From Lingula anatina (lineage: Eukaryota; Animalia; Brachiopoda), in contig CM120645.1 of assembly GCA_051362555.1 (NCBI GenBank), forward strand, positions 12,214,001 through 12,278,000: DNA of 64,000 nucleotides, in the 5' to 3' direction. Position 1 is the stretch's first letter; the number at the start of each line of letters is the position of its first letter. Of the stretch, positions 50,301-62,739 are shown one piece after another. A program made the position numbers and the translations under genes. Under the pieces are notes generated by a model, which saw nothing but the letters and a program-made list of their open reading frames with translations, made no database searches and had not been told where the DNA came from.

Positions 50301-53300
50301 GTGTTGTTCCCGGGTGCCGTAATGTAGGTTACGATAAGAAAGACATCTGCTATTATATCCTGCCTGCAGATGCCGCAAAACGTAAAATTTGGCTCAATTC
50401 TCTGAAGTTAAAAAATCCCAGCACAGTGTCAAAACACGCGAGGATTTGTAGCGACCACTTCGAGCCGGAATGCTTCGTACGTGACCTGCGAGCTGAATTG
50501 TGCGGTGGAAAAGCACGGAGAAAACTAAAAGATGATGCTGTACCCAGTATATTCGATTTTTCGAAGTACCAAAATGCGACAGTAAATGCCAGAGCGCTGC
50601 CGACGAGAGTCTTACCTGTAGGATGTGTGCATGATGCGGCCGTCGAAAGGAAGAAGAGAGCAGCTTTTAGAGCCCAAAAAAAAGTTCGTAGCAGAGGTAC
50701 GTTGTCAATTTTTTTGGTTATGTTAGTGAAAACTTTAATATTAACATGATAGTGGAATCAAATTTTTATTCGACATACTGCTGCACTGATCACGTGTAAG
50801 GCGGAAGTAGCGAGGTAAGTTGCAGAGGTGTGAAATGTAGTGTCCGCGATGCTATCAGTCCGATATCTTTGGCCTTTTGTCCACTGACCTGGCTCTCCCG
50901 GAATGACACTGGTAAACTGCACGGGTGTGAAAAATAATGTTAGCTGTCACACCTGCATGTATTAGGTAACTTCTCTTATCAGTCGGGATGAGAACGTTCA
51001 GCCGACGCGACAGATGGGCATGTGTGAAAAACTATGCTGCCCTGCTTCCAAACCTTTACTGTTAACATAGTTTTGGTGTATTTTGTTGGTTAATAAATGA
51101 TAACCACGTAGGGAATTCATCTCAAACAAATATCCTTCAATTCATTCTCTGTTCATTTTTACAAAATAGTTCAGACAAAGCGATCGAGTAAATGTAAGTA
51201 AGCGGATAGCTGAATCGAATATGGCTTTCTGAGCCTCGACGCAAGTGACGTCACTCGCCTCAAAGCGCCACCACGCGGGAGTATCGTAAACTACATTCAC
51301 ACCTGCATAAAATCGGCTTTAAAAACTAAATAAACGTAAGAACTTTTTTTTTCATTACTCAAAAATGACTTTTGGGCACCTAATGGATAGTTTTAACCCG
51401 TTTTTTCATCACAGTATACCTTTAAGGACTGAATAAAAATGATAAAGGGAAACTTTAAGGAGTCAAAATCAGGTAACAAGGGGCATTTTAATACTGGTTG
51501 TTATAATGTTATCACATCATGTCCATAAACATTATTTTCTTCTTATAAAATATGGTATTTTTGCTGATACCACCACATCAAAGTCTCGTGGTTAGAATGT
51601 TCTTTTCGGTTCTTTGATTTTCTCTCTTATCTGATATTGTATCAGAAAAATCCAAACGACTAAAAGGGGCCGTGTATGCGAACTACAAGTGTACTAACGA
51701 TTAATTTTACAATCACTTTGCTTAGATTTCATCACATATGTTAGTGATGTGTCACCAATTTTGATGGACCCAAGACCCCCTAACATCGTTCTGCAAAGAT
51801 GAGTTGCACTCGTTTGATTTTTATACCTTTGTCAATATCTGCACTAATTTTTTTCTTGATTATCATCTGAAATATTTACGGAGTTGTCCCCCGAACCAAG
51901 TGCATTCTTCACCTAATTAGTAGTATAATTCGCACACAACAACAGGCAAAAATGTCGCCTGAAGACAATTCTAGCTGTACCTATTTTTGATATTTAGAGC
52001 AGCGTAGTCCCTCAGCAAACGATACCATCGCCTAAATAAAGAAAAATGTTGGATATTGTGCATAATCTTTTAAGCCAATTGCCTTATACTGGGTATGTAT
52101 ATTTGAGGGTATATATTCAGAAAGTGGTACGAACGGCTTACTGAGTTAAATACACCGTTTCATTAGAGGCGGTGGTTTGTGTTTGTCTAGACCCTGTTCT
52201 TTCCCAGAGTTGATGTTAGAAAAGTGGTAATGTACGAAACCCTGAAGGTGGTAAAACTGACTGCTCTGTATAATCCATGCAGTACCTGGAGAGGCAGAGA
52301 CTTGTGCTTGTAAAGGACATGTTCCCCCGGATACTGACATTCGTAATACCTGAAAGCAAGTTAAATAATAATAATAATAATAATTTACATCCAAATTTCG
52401 GCTGGTTAATTTATAACACTAAAATGGTAATTCTAGATTTTAAATTTTCTAAAATACACCATCAAAAATTGCCTGAGAATTAAATTAATGACGTAACTAT
52501 AAATTATAAAATCGCTTAAATGTAGACAATGTCCATAGAATATTAGTCCTTGAGGCTCTCAATGTTCTCTGATTTGTACCTTTAACGTAAAAAACAAGAC
52601 AATATCTGAATTAAAAGAAAAAGCATCCCCATTAAGAAACAATTCGGAAATAGTCATGCCTTATACGAGCAGATAATTGTTGGATCAAATACGGGTGGAA
52701 ATATGGCTTGATATAGCCAGAGACATATTTGTTAATCTCTAGTGAAAGATCAATCTGTGGCCTTAGTAGGGAGCAAGTGGGTGCAGCCCAAAAGTAGCTT
52801 TTATTTCTTTTAAGCGACAGACCTTAGTTCCATACCACCCAAAGCAGTATTCCAATTGCTATGGTTATGGGGAAACTTAACTTAAAGACGAATTCGTAAC
52901 AATGAGCCATGAATAGCCAAAAGCATGGTCCATCCAATGCAATGTGGTTCCCTCCAGCCCACTGAAGATTTAACTATTTAATAGGTTATACTATTTAATA
53001 TGTTGAGATAAAAAGATTTGTTTAATCAATGTAAATCTTAAACAAACAATGTTCGGAATGACGTTATGTCTTTGAAGGATGTTACTTTTCAATATTTGAT
53101 ATGGAGGGAATTGCAAATGCACAAGCTGTACGAAAGAGTCCTTGAACAGCCTGGTTACACTTGCCCTTGCTAAAAAGCCATTTCAAATTCGCTGTTCGTT
53201 TGGACTGTTCTTTTGTAAAAACAGGTCACAAAATACAAGGGGAAAATTAACTGGCAAAGTTGGTTTTATTTCTAGGGCTGTCGCTACTGGTACGTCATCA

Positions 53301-56300
53301 CTAAACACAAGTGGAAGACTATTAACAGTATAAGGGAAAATTAAAGCAAAATAGGACCACTTCAGGTGATATACAATCGTAACATATTTAAAACATATAA
53401 TGTCTCTAAAAAATATAAAACAACGCTTCGCGTAGGTGCCACAAATTGGACACCAAACATTTTACAAACGTATACTACCACTAAAACACGTGATCTATCT
53501 GCATAGCGTTTTGGAATTTTCATGCATGATTTCATCCTGCGATAATAAAGCTACAATATTCACCTAATTTCAAGGTTTTTTAGCTCTCCACATTAGAAAA
53601 ATTGCATAGGATTTACGTTTTGCACGTAACATAAGCAGCAGGAATTCTTTCGACAAAAGGATGCTTGGTTAGATGGTTTAGAACCAAGGTGTGCTGCTGA
53701 AGATAAATGAAATCTTTTTATGACTTTTTTAGCCTTGCATGGCCACCCATATTTGATTCTTACAGTCATCTGCTGTTAACTCTCGTCATCCTATATACAC
53801 GGTACCTTCCATCAAATGTTCTCATGTGAGGGTCGTTCACTGCCCAGCAAAATTTTCCTGCAACATCTATGTCCGTGTCAACAACTTCCACCTAAATTAT
53901 AGAGATAGGTAGGGAGTGTTAATATACGACAAATATGTATCTGAATGGGAGTAATATAAAACATGGTTTAACATAGCATTTGCTAGTGTTATTTGTTACT
54001 GCTGCTCTAGAAATCATTTATATCAAATCAGAGAAACTGTTCTGAAGAAAGCAGAAGGGCCCACCCAAAACAAAATTGGCGATGTGCAGTAATCATTGTT
54101 ATCCATGTAATTCGGTGGCATAACAAGTTGGAGACCAAAGTACATGTACATCAAAAAGGCTTACATGCACATCATTGCCAGCTATACATTAATATAGATG
54201 CGGTGTGAACGAACATTTCTACAAGCTACGTATGCAAGACTACAAGATAGACATACTATTTTATCATCCTTTTCTACAATGCTAGGAAAACAATCCCTTA
54301 CTATAAACTCGGCATCTTTTCAACATGCTACTTAACGTTGGCTGGGATTCAAATGTTTTTAAAAATATATAACATTTTTCACAAATTACCCTTCTTATCA
54401 TTTTAGTGATTAAAATATTTATTTACGTAAGAAATCGCGCTTACGTTTTCATCGTGGTAGACCTTATCTTTACCTCGGTAAAAAATAATTAAGCAATGTA
54501 GCAGATTAATATTCCTTTCTGCCGCAATGAAAATACGATTTACATACATTATAATATTCACTTTGTTTTCTACTATTAAATTTTTATCATTACTGTAGAA
54601 ACCATTATTATTGCCTTGGTAAAACAGTCATATCAAGATTTACCGCAATGGAAACTCCACAAGTAAAAACTTTTAAGACATACAAATAACAAATGATACT
54701 AATAGACCACCGTATTTGGTACAAATTAAACATTTTATAAGAGCTCCCAAAATTTGAAATATAAGCAGTGACACTTATGCCAACACCTGACAACATTGAG
54801 AAATTAAATAGACGAGATAGGGAAGATCCACAAAGAGATTGAATTATAAACGACCAGACAAATAAAATTAGGGTGCAACCATATTCAGCAGCACTCAAAT
54901 TAACCTCGTCAAAATTCAGTTTTAATAATCTTGATTACTGAGATAATACTATACATACTTAAAGGTACTCACTAATATGTCGGGGACATCATAGTCGCTC
55001 CAAGCAGGATGAGAGGCAAAATCCCCAGTTCTGAGTTTTATCACGACAATGTTGTTTCCGTCATACATCCCGTCCACAGAGGCTTTAACTTTGATGCTAT
55101 ATTTCTTTGAGGGTTCCCACTCTTCAACACTTGATATGGCGCGAATTTTAGTTGCACAAGCCGTAACAGAGAGTTGTTGCACAGCCTGTGTAGCATTGAC
55201 CAAAAACCCATTGCAAATTTGCTGTGTATTTGGAATGTGCATTTCAACGCTAAGTTCATCACAGCCCAGCTCTTTGGGACAGAGAACTGGCAAAGTTGGT
55301 TTTATTTCTAGATCTTTTGCTTTTTGGTCATCTTCCCTTAACACCAGTGGAAGGTGATTAATAATCTGCAATATCAACAAAGGAACTAGAGGATCAGAGA
55401 GGCGATACCGCCTCCGGATATTGTACCACCAGCTGGAGTAAGCGCACTGGTATGGAAAACCAAAAACAAAGGGACACAAACAACAGTGCTGTATTTGACA
55501 AGCTCTACAAATTGCAATAAACAAGACAATAAATAAGCCCCCCCCCCCCAAAAAAAAAAAAAAAGTGAAAAAAATGCACAACATTTATAAAATGGTCCGA
55601 TCAAGCCGATTTTCAAACTCGACCTGTATTTTCATAACATTGACCACTCCTGTGAATTTCAAGACAATAGGCCTGCCAGTTTTCCTTGAAATGTGCTATC
55701 GGTGTTGCATATATGCTGAAAATGATAGACCTATCGCTGCAAGTTTTGGAAATACAAGGGGTGGGAAATTTGCAGTTCAGAAAGTTCAGTTCATGGTTAA
55801 AAGTAGGTCAAAGGTCAATTTCAAAGTTACAGTAAGATTGCCAGTATATGACTTCCTATTCAAGTCCAATAGTAACTATGGGCGTGTCTCTGCTACTTTT
55901 GGAGTATTTCACATTTTCTCCACTGAATATTGCTACGTTGTACTTTTTGATATAGCGCAACTCCTAAACCGTATCGAAAACGAAAAAATGGACACCTCTA
56001 AAAAATTTAAAAAACTAGCAGAGGTCTCTCTAGCAGAGGTCTCTGGTTCCAGAATTAGGGAGAGTTTTCAGTTTCAGCATCTAATGGCTGCGTCACCCGT
56101 GAAAATGCACCAATTGATCCCAAACTCCCAAAGGTGAAATGAGCCCCTAATTGTATCCCCTCACTATAATATGAGTGCTTAGGGCTCTATTCCCATAGAT
56201 TTTAGATCGATCTATCCCCGCGGGGAGTCTCACTAGATTACTTTCAGATAATCCGACTTAAATGTCCGTCCCGCCTACTACAAGCTGTAAGGGGTAATAA

Positions 56301-59300
56301 ACTTTCGTGTCCGCCCGGCTGACAGCTATTTAGCGTGAACCCCCAGGGAGTTAGGTCGATCTAAAGTAGGTCGATCTAATCTATGGAAATGGGGTGTAGG
56401 TCTGTGAAGGTTCTGAAAATCGGCACAAATAAAACTTTTGTTGCATAAAAATTCCCATTTTCAGAAAATTTTTGCCCGTTTGACCTTGAAATAAAGGTCA
56501 AATGTCAAACCCAAGGGCATATTTATAATCTCCACATACACATTCGGTCAGACTTCTATAGTAAGCACGTGCCGGGTCGTGACTAAAACCATGAGTACCG
56601 CCAGCGCACACGCTGGTGATACTAATAACTACAATGAATGGATCTTTAAATATGAAACTAAATAAATCGGTTAACGAATGTCTGAAGATGATGAACAAAT
56701 ACAGGAATAATCAGTGTCAAAATGGTAGTCAGCGTCATGAAAATGACTCTATGCATTTACTGTGTATCTCAATCAGGAATTATTTTGCACTTAATTTTAT
56801 ACAAAATACAAGAAGTTTTAAACGAAATTCAACGCACACTTTTCACTGGTTTTGATCTGTAAGCTTAGGGAATATTTACCTTGGCTTTGTTTTATCCGTT
56901 TAAGGAAAAGAATAACCAAATTGATCGATTTTATCCTGCGTGAAATATGATGTCATTTTTATCAATATAAACTATTAATTGCCTAGTATTTAACCCGGCT
57001 ACCTCGCTAGAAGTCTCACTTTTTCGAACTCTTTTCATACAGACATTTTGCAATACTACCCTAGGTTCTACATGTCGGTATTGCCAGCTCGATCTTGATT
57101 TCATATATATATAACCCACTACCGGCAAACTGGGGACGTGTTTGGCAAAATGTTGCCTAAAGCGCTTCCATATTTGGAAGTCACATGTCTCGTACGTCAC
57201 AGCTCTATCCCGCCAGGAGCTGACGTCATCTCCTGCAGAAGCAAAGTGGCTGACGCTTTTGAACTAAGAATACCTTGCAATCGGAAATCAGTGCCACAAC
57301 ACAAGCATTTTTCTGCTTTAAAAACTTAAAAGCAAGCTAGCTTTACAGCGTCCTGACACTCAGAGTATGCGCTTTTGCAGGCACACTAGCACGCTTTGTG
57401 TGTTAATCCACAAAACCTCGACTCATCAATCATACCAGGAAGGTTAGGGTGTGACATTTTTACACGGCAATAGCGTATTCATAGGAGGGGCAGAACGTGC
57501 AGAACCGTTCCCTACCTTCGATAGTTCCTGCTTCTCCCTCATCAAACAAAAACATATATGTGAAGCAGAGTAAAATCTATCTATCATCATACAGTTATTT
57601 ATGATGAGAGACAGTCCAATTTTTTTCTTACCTCCTGTCCTCCAATCCCATTATCAGATCCTCTGCCAGTGCATAGACAAGCATGCCCCTTGTCAGCAAT
57701 AGAGAATCCAAACAGTCGGAATAAAACATACACGGTGGAAAATCTCACCAAACACAAAATTGAAACAAAATAGTGACACAGGAAATTTGTAAAAAAAAAA
57801 ATTTGAATTCTTAAAAGCTCAAAGCAAACATAATGAGCTCGAGAAATGTTTACACTATTGGTCACTACAGAATTTGTTTTCCGATACGTTAGACTTCTTT
57901 AAACTACTCCGTCGTGATGCAAAAAATACCATCTTCCCGAAAAAAGGAAAAATGTCAGGTGTCAGCCTGGATCATTTTGTTAAACAACATTTTCTTTTCA
58001 ATCGGGCTTAAATAATGCTTTGCTTCCAATTGGTATACCTCAGTGCCGGATTTAGACTTCTGGTTTCCTCTTGAAATTGGAATTTTGACAAGCTGAATCA
58101 TACTTCTAAACCATACCAAATGGCACCGTTCGCCTTCTGAACTACCAACGCCAAGTGGTGGTGGTGGTGGTGGGAGTTAGGCATCCGTGCCCCCCCACCC
58201 CCACCCCCATCAAAATATTCTTGATCCGCCCCTATACCTAAATAGGTAGTTAGAGCGGTTTTCATCTACCCCAGCTCAATAAACTAAACCATTTGCCGTT
58301 TAAAACGACATACTAGAAGTATTTTAACGCGCACTATTTTGTTTTATCTGCTGTTTTGTTTGTTTGCTTGTCTTCGTCCAAAATGCATTCGCAATTTGAT
58401 AAGTTCAATAAGTAAAACGTTTGTTTTGTTTTCATTTGTCAAATCGAGAATGAATAAAAAACGCTGTTAATGAATTTAATTACTGAATATTATATTCTTC
58501 CTACCTTAAATCCTGCAAAAAATGCTCTGCTCTTCAATATGTGACCCGGAACGCCATTGTGTCCATATCTAGCTTGGATGGAACATGAAAACTGCAAAGA
58601 AAATTTATGAACTTAGGTCAAGAAATACATGATAAAAATGAAGATTATCCCTCTGCTTATAATGTGGGTTTGTCAGGATATAAGATTGATTTAGGAAATA
58701 TTGTCTGTAAAGGTATCAGTTTACTTCACAAGCTAATGGAAGCACTACAATCCTATTAAAGCTACATAGGTGATTTAACTTTTCAGAAACAGGACATTTA
58801 AACTTTTATATATAAACAATTCAAAAGAACTATACTTATTAAAGCGGAAACGTTCATTAAAACAATCATAAGGCTAAAGTCTAAACATATTATTTTTTTT
58901 AATTTTTTTGCCAGAAACTATCACAATTTCTATTTACTTTACCACTGCGGATTTAAATTCGATTTTCTATTACCAACCAAATTAAGAATGCGATATAAAA
59001 GGCAACTTCACAACACAACACAGAATAATCAGTGTAAATCATATTTCAAACCTTCACAACTTACATGAACACCAAAGCGCCTGCCTAAGTCCATCTCGTT
59101 CATAGTAGCTGGCAACTGATGGTATGTAACGTTGTGTTCATAGAAAGGCACATCGTCAGAGTACCACACCACATTAAATGTCAGGTTATCATGACTGTCC
59201 TCTGGTATTTCTGACAAGTTAGGATAGCACTGGAACAAGATGCCGTTTCGACATATGCTATTCAGGCAATTTTTTTCTGGAGCTATGGTCCAATTCATAG

Positions 59301-60316
59301 TAGGAATATTTGTGATATTTGGATATCCATCTGTAATGAAAAGTATTCTTATTGGAAATGCATACGTAGCTGACCAAATATTCAGAACACACACGCGCGC
59401 ACATGCGCACACACACAAACACACACACATTAACACACAGACAGATCTTGTACACACACACACACTCACACACACACACACACACACAAACACACACACG
59501 CACTCTTTGTCGAGAACCGGAACCCATTTAATGCTATGTAGTACAGCTGTTTATCTTTTTTGTTAAAGTTTATATCAGGTTGATGAAAAATCTTTATCTT
59601 AACTTTTTAAAAGCTGTTAATTAAAGTACTGAGTACTTTGAACATGAAAAATTTCACTTGTTAATATCATAACACAGAACTGGTGCTCAATAAAAAAATA
59701 AAATCTTACCTGAACACCCTGGTGAGAAGCCATTTGGAGACATTAAGCCAGCAGGGCATGGGGTTTCAGTACCTAATGTAACATAAATTCTCCACTATTT
59801 GTTACATTGTTTGTTACAATTACCAGAATGAAACACAGGCAGCTAGTTGAAACTCCGTCAAGACCAGGTAATTCAGTATATATTGAACTCCAAGCAACAG
59901 ACAATTTCAAGTTATTCATAGATAAATCACACCCTTAATTAAAAGTCTAAGTTCTTGTGAATTATCTGACATATCAAGATTTACAAGACATGTTCTAGAT
60001 ATCAAAAACGAAAAAACGAAGTTTAAGAATAATAAAATGAGTCTGCCTGTGGCAGTATAACATCAATTTGAAGAAAAATAAGGAAAATTGTTTGAATAGT
60101 TACATTTTATATGTAATACTATGTAGTAATGCAAAAACTCACCAATACAATACGCTTGTGAGCATCCACTTGTTCCGACTAAACGGTATACGTTGTATTC
60201 ACCATTGCAGTTCTTCACTTGTATATCATAGGTTGCATAGCAACATGGGTTGTGCGAAAATATATTGTACAAGCAGCCAGATCCAGTAATTTGTTGATTG
60301 GTGGCTGGAAGTGTGC
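34140..60316 (-). CDS. VWDE-like (von Willebrand factor D and EGF domain-containing) type I membrane protein, 18 coding exons; 5' end not found in the window
   Basis: GT-AG exons with consistent phases, joined by hand: 60316-60143, 59772-59710, 59330-59065, 58591-58505, 55365-54973, 53891-53806, 52349-52286, 46543-46346, 45895-45681, 45423-45162, 44870-44721, 38116-37930, 37474-37284, 37075-36806, 35534-35424, 35253-35139, 34828-34447, 34218-34140 (TAG). Motifs: D8C-like [19 protein letters not shown]; [33 protein letters not shown]; [27 protein letters not shown]; Thr-rich stalk; [28 protein letters not shown]; basic tail. Confidence 0.88.
35630..36417. mobile_element. Non-autonomous DNA element with CCCAG termini and CAACGTTG subterminal repeats
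   Basis: TA|CCCAGGGGGCA..TGCCTGCTGGG|TA; many AACGTT palindromes at both ends; absent from the paralogous intron (~17430). Confidence 0.7.
40198..40926 (-). CDS. Gypsy integrase C-terminal part, after a deletion/frameshift
   Basis: [37 protein letters not shown]; the PPYHP segment is deleted at ~40950. Confidence 0.88.
   Translation of the reverse strand: MQVVKQGLSNHMLENREGSRSLRLSQLMMLYRITPHSTTGVSPSELFMKRQIRSKFSLLKPSLSMSVETKQEKQCQYHDKHPKSRHFNLYDKVRVRNFRGGQEKWVSGCIVKVCGLQTYVVQIGRSNRFVHIDHIIGSTVSNEMPFSDEVNVTLPSRENVESDNQTKTEFEQPEPRFYSEPVQIEHESSDTMDNSDAKLPDKSEASSTFVSDDVEASPTVDQQPVRRYPQRERKAHERLTYT
40934..43058 (-). CDS. Gypsy pol: RT, RNase H, integrase N-terminal part
   Basis: [55 protein letters not shown]. 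Confidence 0.93.
43060..44166 (-). CDS. Gypsy gag (two Zn knuckles) plus protease (LDTGA)
   Basis: [31 protein letters not shown]; [10 protein letters not shown]; frameshift at ~43065 into pol. Confidence 0.9.
   Translation of the reverse strand: MTHIPTFPPFIIRQEPNTVFKRWGKWKERFENLMVALNIKNSQQKRAMFLHLAGEEFLDIFENLPDRGDSYEDAVASFGQYVRPHHNPEFEIFKFRSCKQEPSETIDSYHIKLRQIGANCGFENLDREIKSQIIQGCTSHKLRRKALSDQTLTLNNLLTHARALELSEQRSHIMEGDTSPSTVYAVKKSAQAQAPKPHKPSHNKFKTQPKQGFRECWFCGGEYPHNGVCPAKGKICRKCNKLNHFQIKCRSKENKTKPGHAPISTVNENKYSKYIVALQVSSQSIDFKLDTGASVTLIGQDLYESKFKDHPLRQSDLHLTSYCGNPLNLLWEITVTVSYNDQSVDLPLVVVEGSKPALLGQNWLEKIS
46869..47602. mobile_element. PIF/Harbinger-like MITE (734 bp)
   Basis: TIR GCCCCCGTTTCACAAA(G/A)AATCTTAA; CTG TSD; internal repeat of the TIR motif and many GACTT(A) motifs. 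Confidence 0.82.
47728..49932. mobile_element. Zator-like non-autonomous element (~2.2 kb)
   Basis: TIR GGCAGTTTTT..TAAT(A/T)ACCTGTTTCTC; TTA TSD; GG termini; subterminal AAAAATATTTTT..TCCGAC repeats near both ends. Confidence 0.7.
50045..51421 (+). mobile_element. Kolobok-like element, internally deleted (1377 bp)
   Basis: TTAA TSDs at 50041-50044 and 51422-51425; TIR AGG(CC/TA)TACTGTG; contains a THAP ORF. Confidence 0.85.
50288..50749 (+). CDS. THAP zinc-finger domain (first exon of the Kolobok transposase)
   Basis: [29 protein letters not shown]: full C2CH signature and AVP box; probable donor GAG/GTACG at ~50696. Confidence 0.85.
   Translation: MPQSCVVPGCRNVGYDKKDICYYILPADAAKRKIWLNSLKLKNPSTVSKHARICSDHFEPECFVRDLRAELCGGKARRKLKDDAVPSIFDFSKYQNATVNARALPTRVLPVGCVHDAAVERKKRAAFRAQKKVRSRGTLSIFLVMLVKTLILT
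53045..53330 (-). pseudogene. Decayed duplicate (pseudo-exon) of VWDE-like exon 55365-54973
   Basis: 27-nt identity AACTGGCAAAGTTGGTTTTATTTCTAG; reads [40 protein letters not shown]; stops present and acceptor AG lost. Confidence 0.78.
55385..56628 (+). mobile_element. Helentron/HINE-like non-autonomous element
   Basis: Starts AACTAGAG; internal TTGACCTTGAAATAAAGGTCAA-type palindromes; 3' hairpin CCAGCG-CACA-CGCTGG followed by ACTAATAA. Confidence 0.5.
56182..56396 (+). mobile_element. ~215-bp MITE nested in the HINE-like element
   Basis: Imperfect TIR ATTCCCATAGAT..AGATCGA; second copy inverted at 63651-63858. Confidence 0.8.
59387..59503 (+). repeat. Imperfect (CA)n microsatellite
   Basis: Visible directly. 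Confidence 0.9.
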
Positions 60317-60882
60317 CTAAAAATATATGGGGAACTTTACTAAAAAAAGTACTAATTTCTAGAAGCAGGGATAATACTTGCGAATATACCCATTGTAAAT
60401 AAGTATGTGCAATACATTTTGCATCCAATTGAAATGTTTCGCTCCTCGAGAAAATAACATTTTTTTATCTTTATATTTCAAACAGCAGATTTGAATATGA
60501 AATTTAAGACAGTGACGGGTGTTACACGTTACGTTACTGATTTTCCACAATTTATACAGGGAAGCCAGGATTCTGTTATTTGCTTTCGACACCAACTCGT
60601 TTCAGCGATGTACATGCTGTTTTTTTAATCGAGCTATATTGACGAAAAACGACGCCACAAATGCAACAGAGTATGAAGTAAATGATGTGTTGCATTTTTT
60701 TAAAACTTAAATTATACTGACATTTTTCTTATCTGACCATTTTACTATTTAATAGTAGAATAGTGCATGTTGGACAAATATGACTCCTTCTAAGGCAACA
60801 AAAACTGCGGATTATCAACAAAAGTGGGAAGACTGGCAAAACCCAACATAGTTCACCTAAATATTTGGGTACTTGACTATGG

Positions 60883-60896
60883 ATAGTAGTAGTAAA

Positions 60897-60936
<40 letters not shown>
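60883..60936 (+). repeat. (GTA)n microsatellite
   Basis: Visible directly. Confidence 0.92.
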
Positions 60937-62739
60937 TATTGTAATAAAAAAAGAAGTAGCATCAGCAGTCGTAGTAGCAGTTGTTGGAGTTCAATATTTG
61001 CAACAAATTTTAGACAAATTTTAAGGAAACACTACTCATCCCCATCGAAAAAGTAATAATCTTTGTAAATTATATTTTTTATAAATGAAAGACAAGCCGA
61101 AAGACAAGCCGAAACATTTCCATGCCGTTAGTTTATGGCCAACCTGGGCCCCGTAACTCGAAAGCATCGCGCATTGCGAATAGCGCTATCACATAGAGGC
61201 TACAATGTATTATATGGGGCGAGTATTAGTCGAGTCGCCACTCCCATAGGCCCAATAGTCGAACCCTGCAGTGTTCTTTCCTGTAAACTTTTTGGCTGAA
61301 ATGCATTCTTCAGGCCGAAAGAAGCAAAATTATCTTGGTTGCTTTTTTCCGAGACATTGATCACTTTTCAGTACGGCCGTCAATTTATGAGAAAATATAG
61401 AAAAACGACCAGAAGCCGCCGGATGTACATAATTGACAGTTTTTTTAACGTTTATCCTATCAGGAGAGCACAACAGTACTACTGAAAACGCTTTTAAAAG
61501 TGCATACCACTTACCAAAAAAACAAAATGGCCATCAAAACATAAGGCAGAAAGTGATAAAAGCTGCAGAATGAGTTCGTTTTTTTTTTTCATATTTACTT
61601 TTATTAAAACCATATCCGCTTTTTATATTTATGTTAATTATGACATTTTGTTAGTCATGACCCTAAACTCTCGGAATAAGCTTATCTGACAGTTAAGTAA
61701 GCCCCCAAGTGTCTGTTTGCTACTTCCCCGGGTCCCATAGTCAAATACTTTGAATGTTATTCCCTGTAATTTTTTTAAGAATTGAATACTTTGGCGGTAT
61801 AAAAGCCAATTTAATTTGGACTTTCTTGGCAGTGGCTACATCTGAAACATTAATCAATTTTCAAAATTCAAGATGACCGTCAATCATATAAAATATATTA
61901 TAATATAATTATATTATAAATAAATAATTATGTAAAATAGCAAAGGGTCGGGTTCAAAGGGCATGGTATTCCGCATTTCAAATGTACGCTAAAACATACC
62001 CAAAAAGGTAAAGAAGCAGTAAAATTACATTTTGAACTGATAATCTGGCGTATAATAGATATTAAACCCTTTTATTTATTGACAAGGTGACTAGTAAGGT
62101 ACAGTTATACTAAGAGGATCATTGATAGGACTGACCGTTACGACAGGCTCAGTCTGATGAAAATTTTATCAAGGGCCAACAGGGGTTTTGGGCACAGAGA
62201 GTCCAAAATGTTAATCTGCAATCGAGACCCTTATATTTACATGGAGTCCAAGCAAGTCCGTTGGTGGGGACGGGGGTGGGGTTAAAATTAATAAATAATA
62301 TATTTAACTATTGTCAAAGTATTTAACCTTATTATTATTATTTTTGTTTGTTTTTATATCGATCATACTTACCTTATGGTGATTTTATATTTTGATCATA
62401 ACTTTATTCAGTATGTATATAAAATTCCCATTCTTTTAATTGAGATTGGCACGTTTAAGAAATTTCTTCAGTAAATAACAGCACTTCTAATTTTTCTTTT
62501 TACTGCACTTTTTCACTTAACATTTTATATAGTCGATATAAATCTTTTGGTTATATACCAACAGCCATTAAAAACTTTGAGGCCATATTTTTGAAAATAA
62601 TTGTTGTTTTGAAGCTCTAAACTGGATTATTTTCATATGAATCATTTGTTTAGGACATTGGTATACAGAACCAAAAATCTCAAGTTTCATGAATAATTTC
62701 AAAACAAAAGTGGCACCAGCCCATCACAAAGTCACAACA

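Noticed and set aside
51985-52032. Possible extra small VWDE exon (TTTAG/GCGATGG..AG/GTACAG)
   Set aside because: Not required: exon 52349-52286 joins 46543 in frame; no convincing homology
55565-56137. 190-aa plus-strand ORF
   Set aside because: Inside a HINE-like repeat with no recognisable domain
59029-59566. Cys/Val- or His/Thr-rich ORFs
   Set aside because: Translation of a (CA)n microsatellite adjoining a real exon
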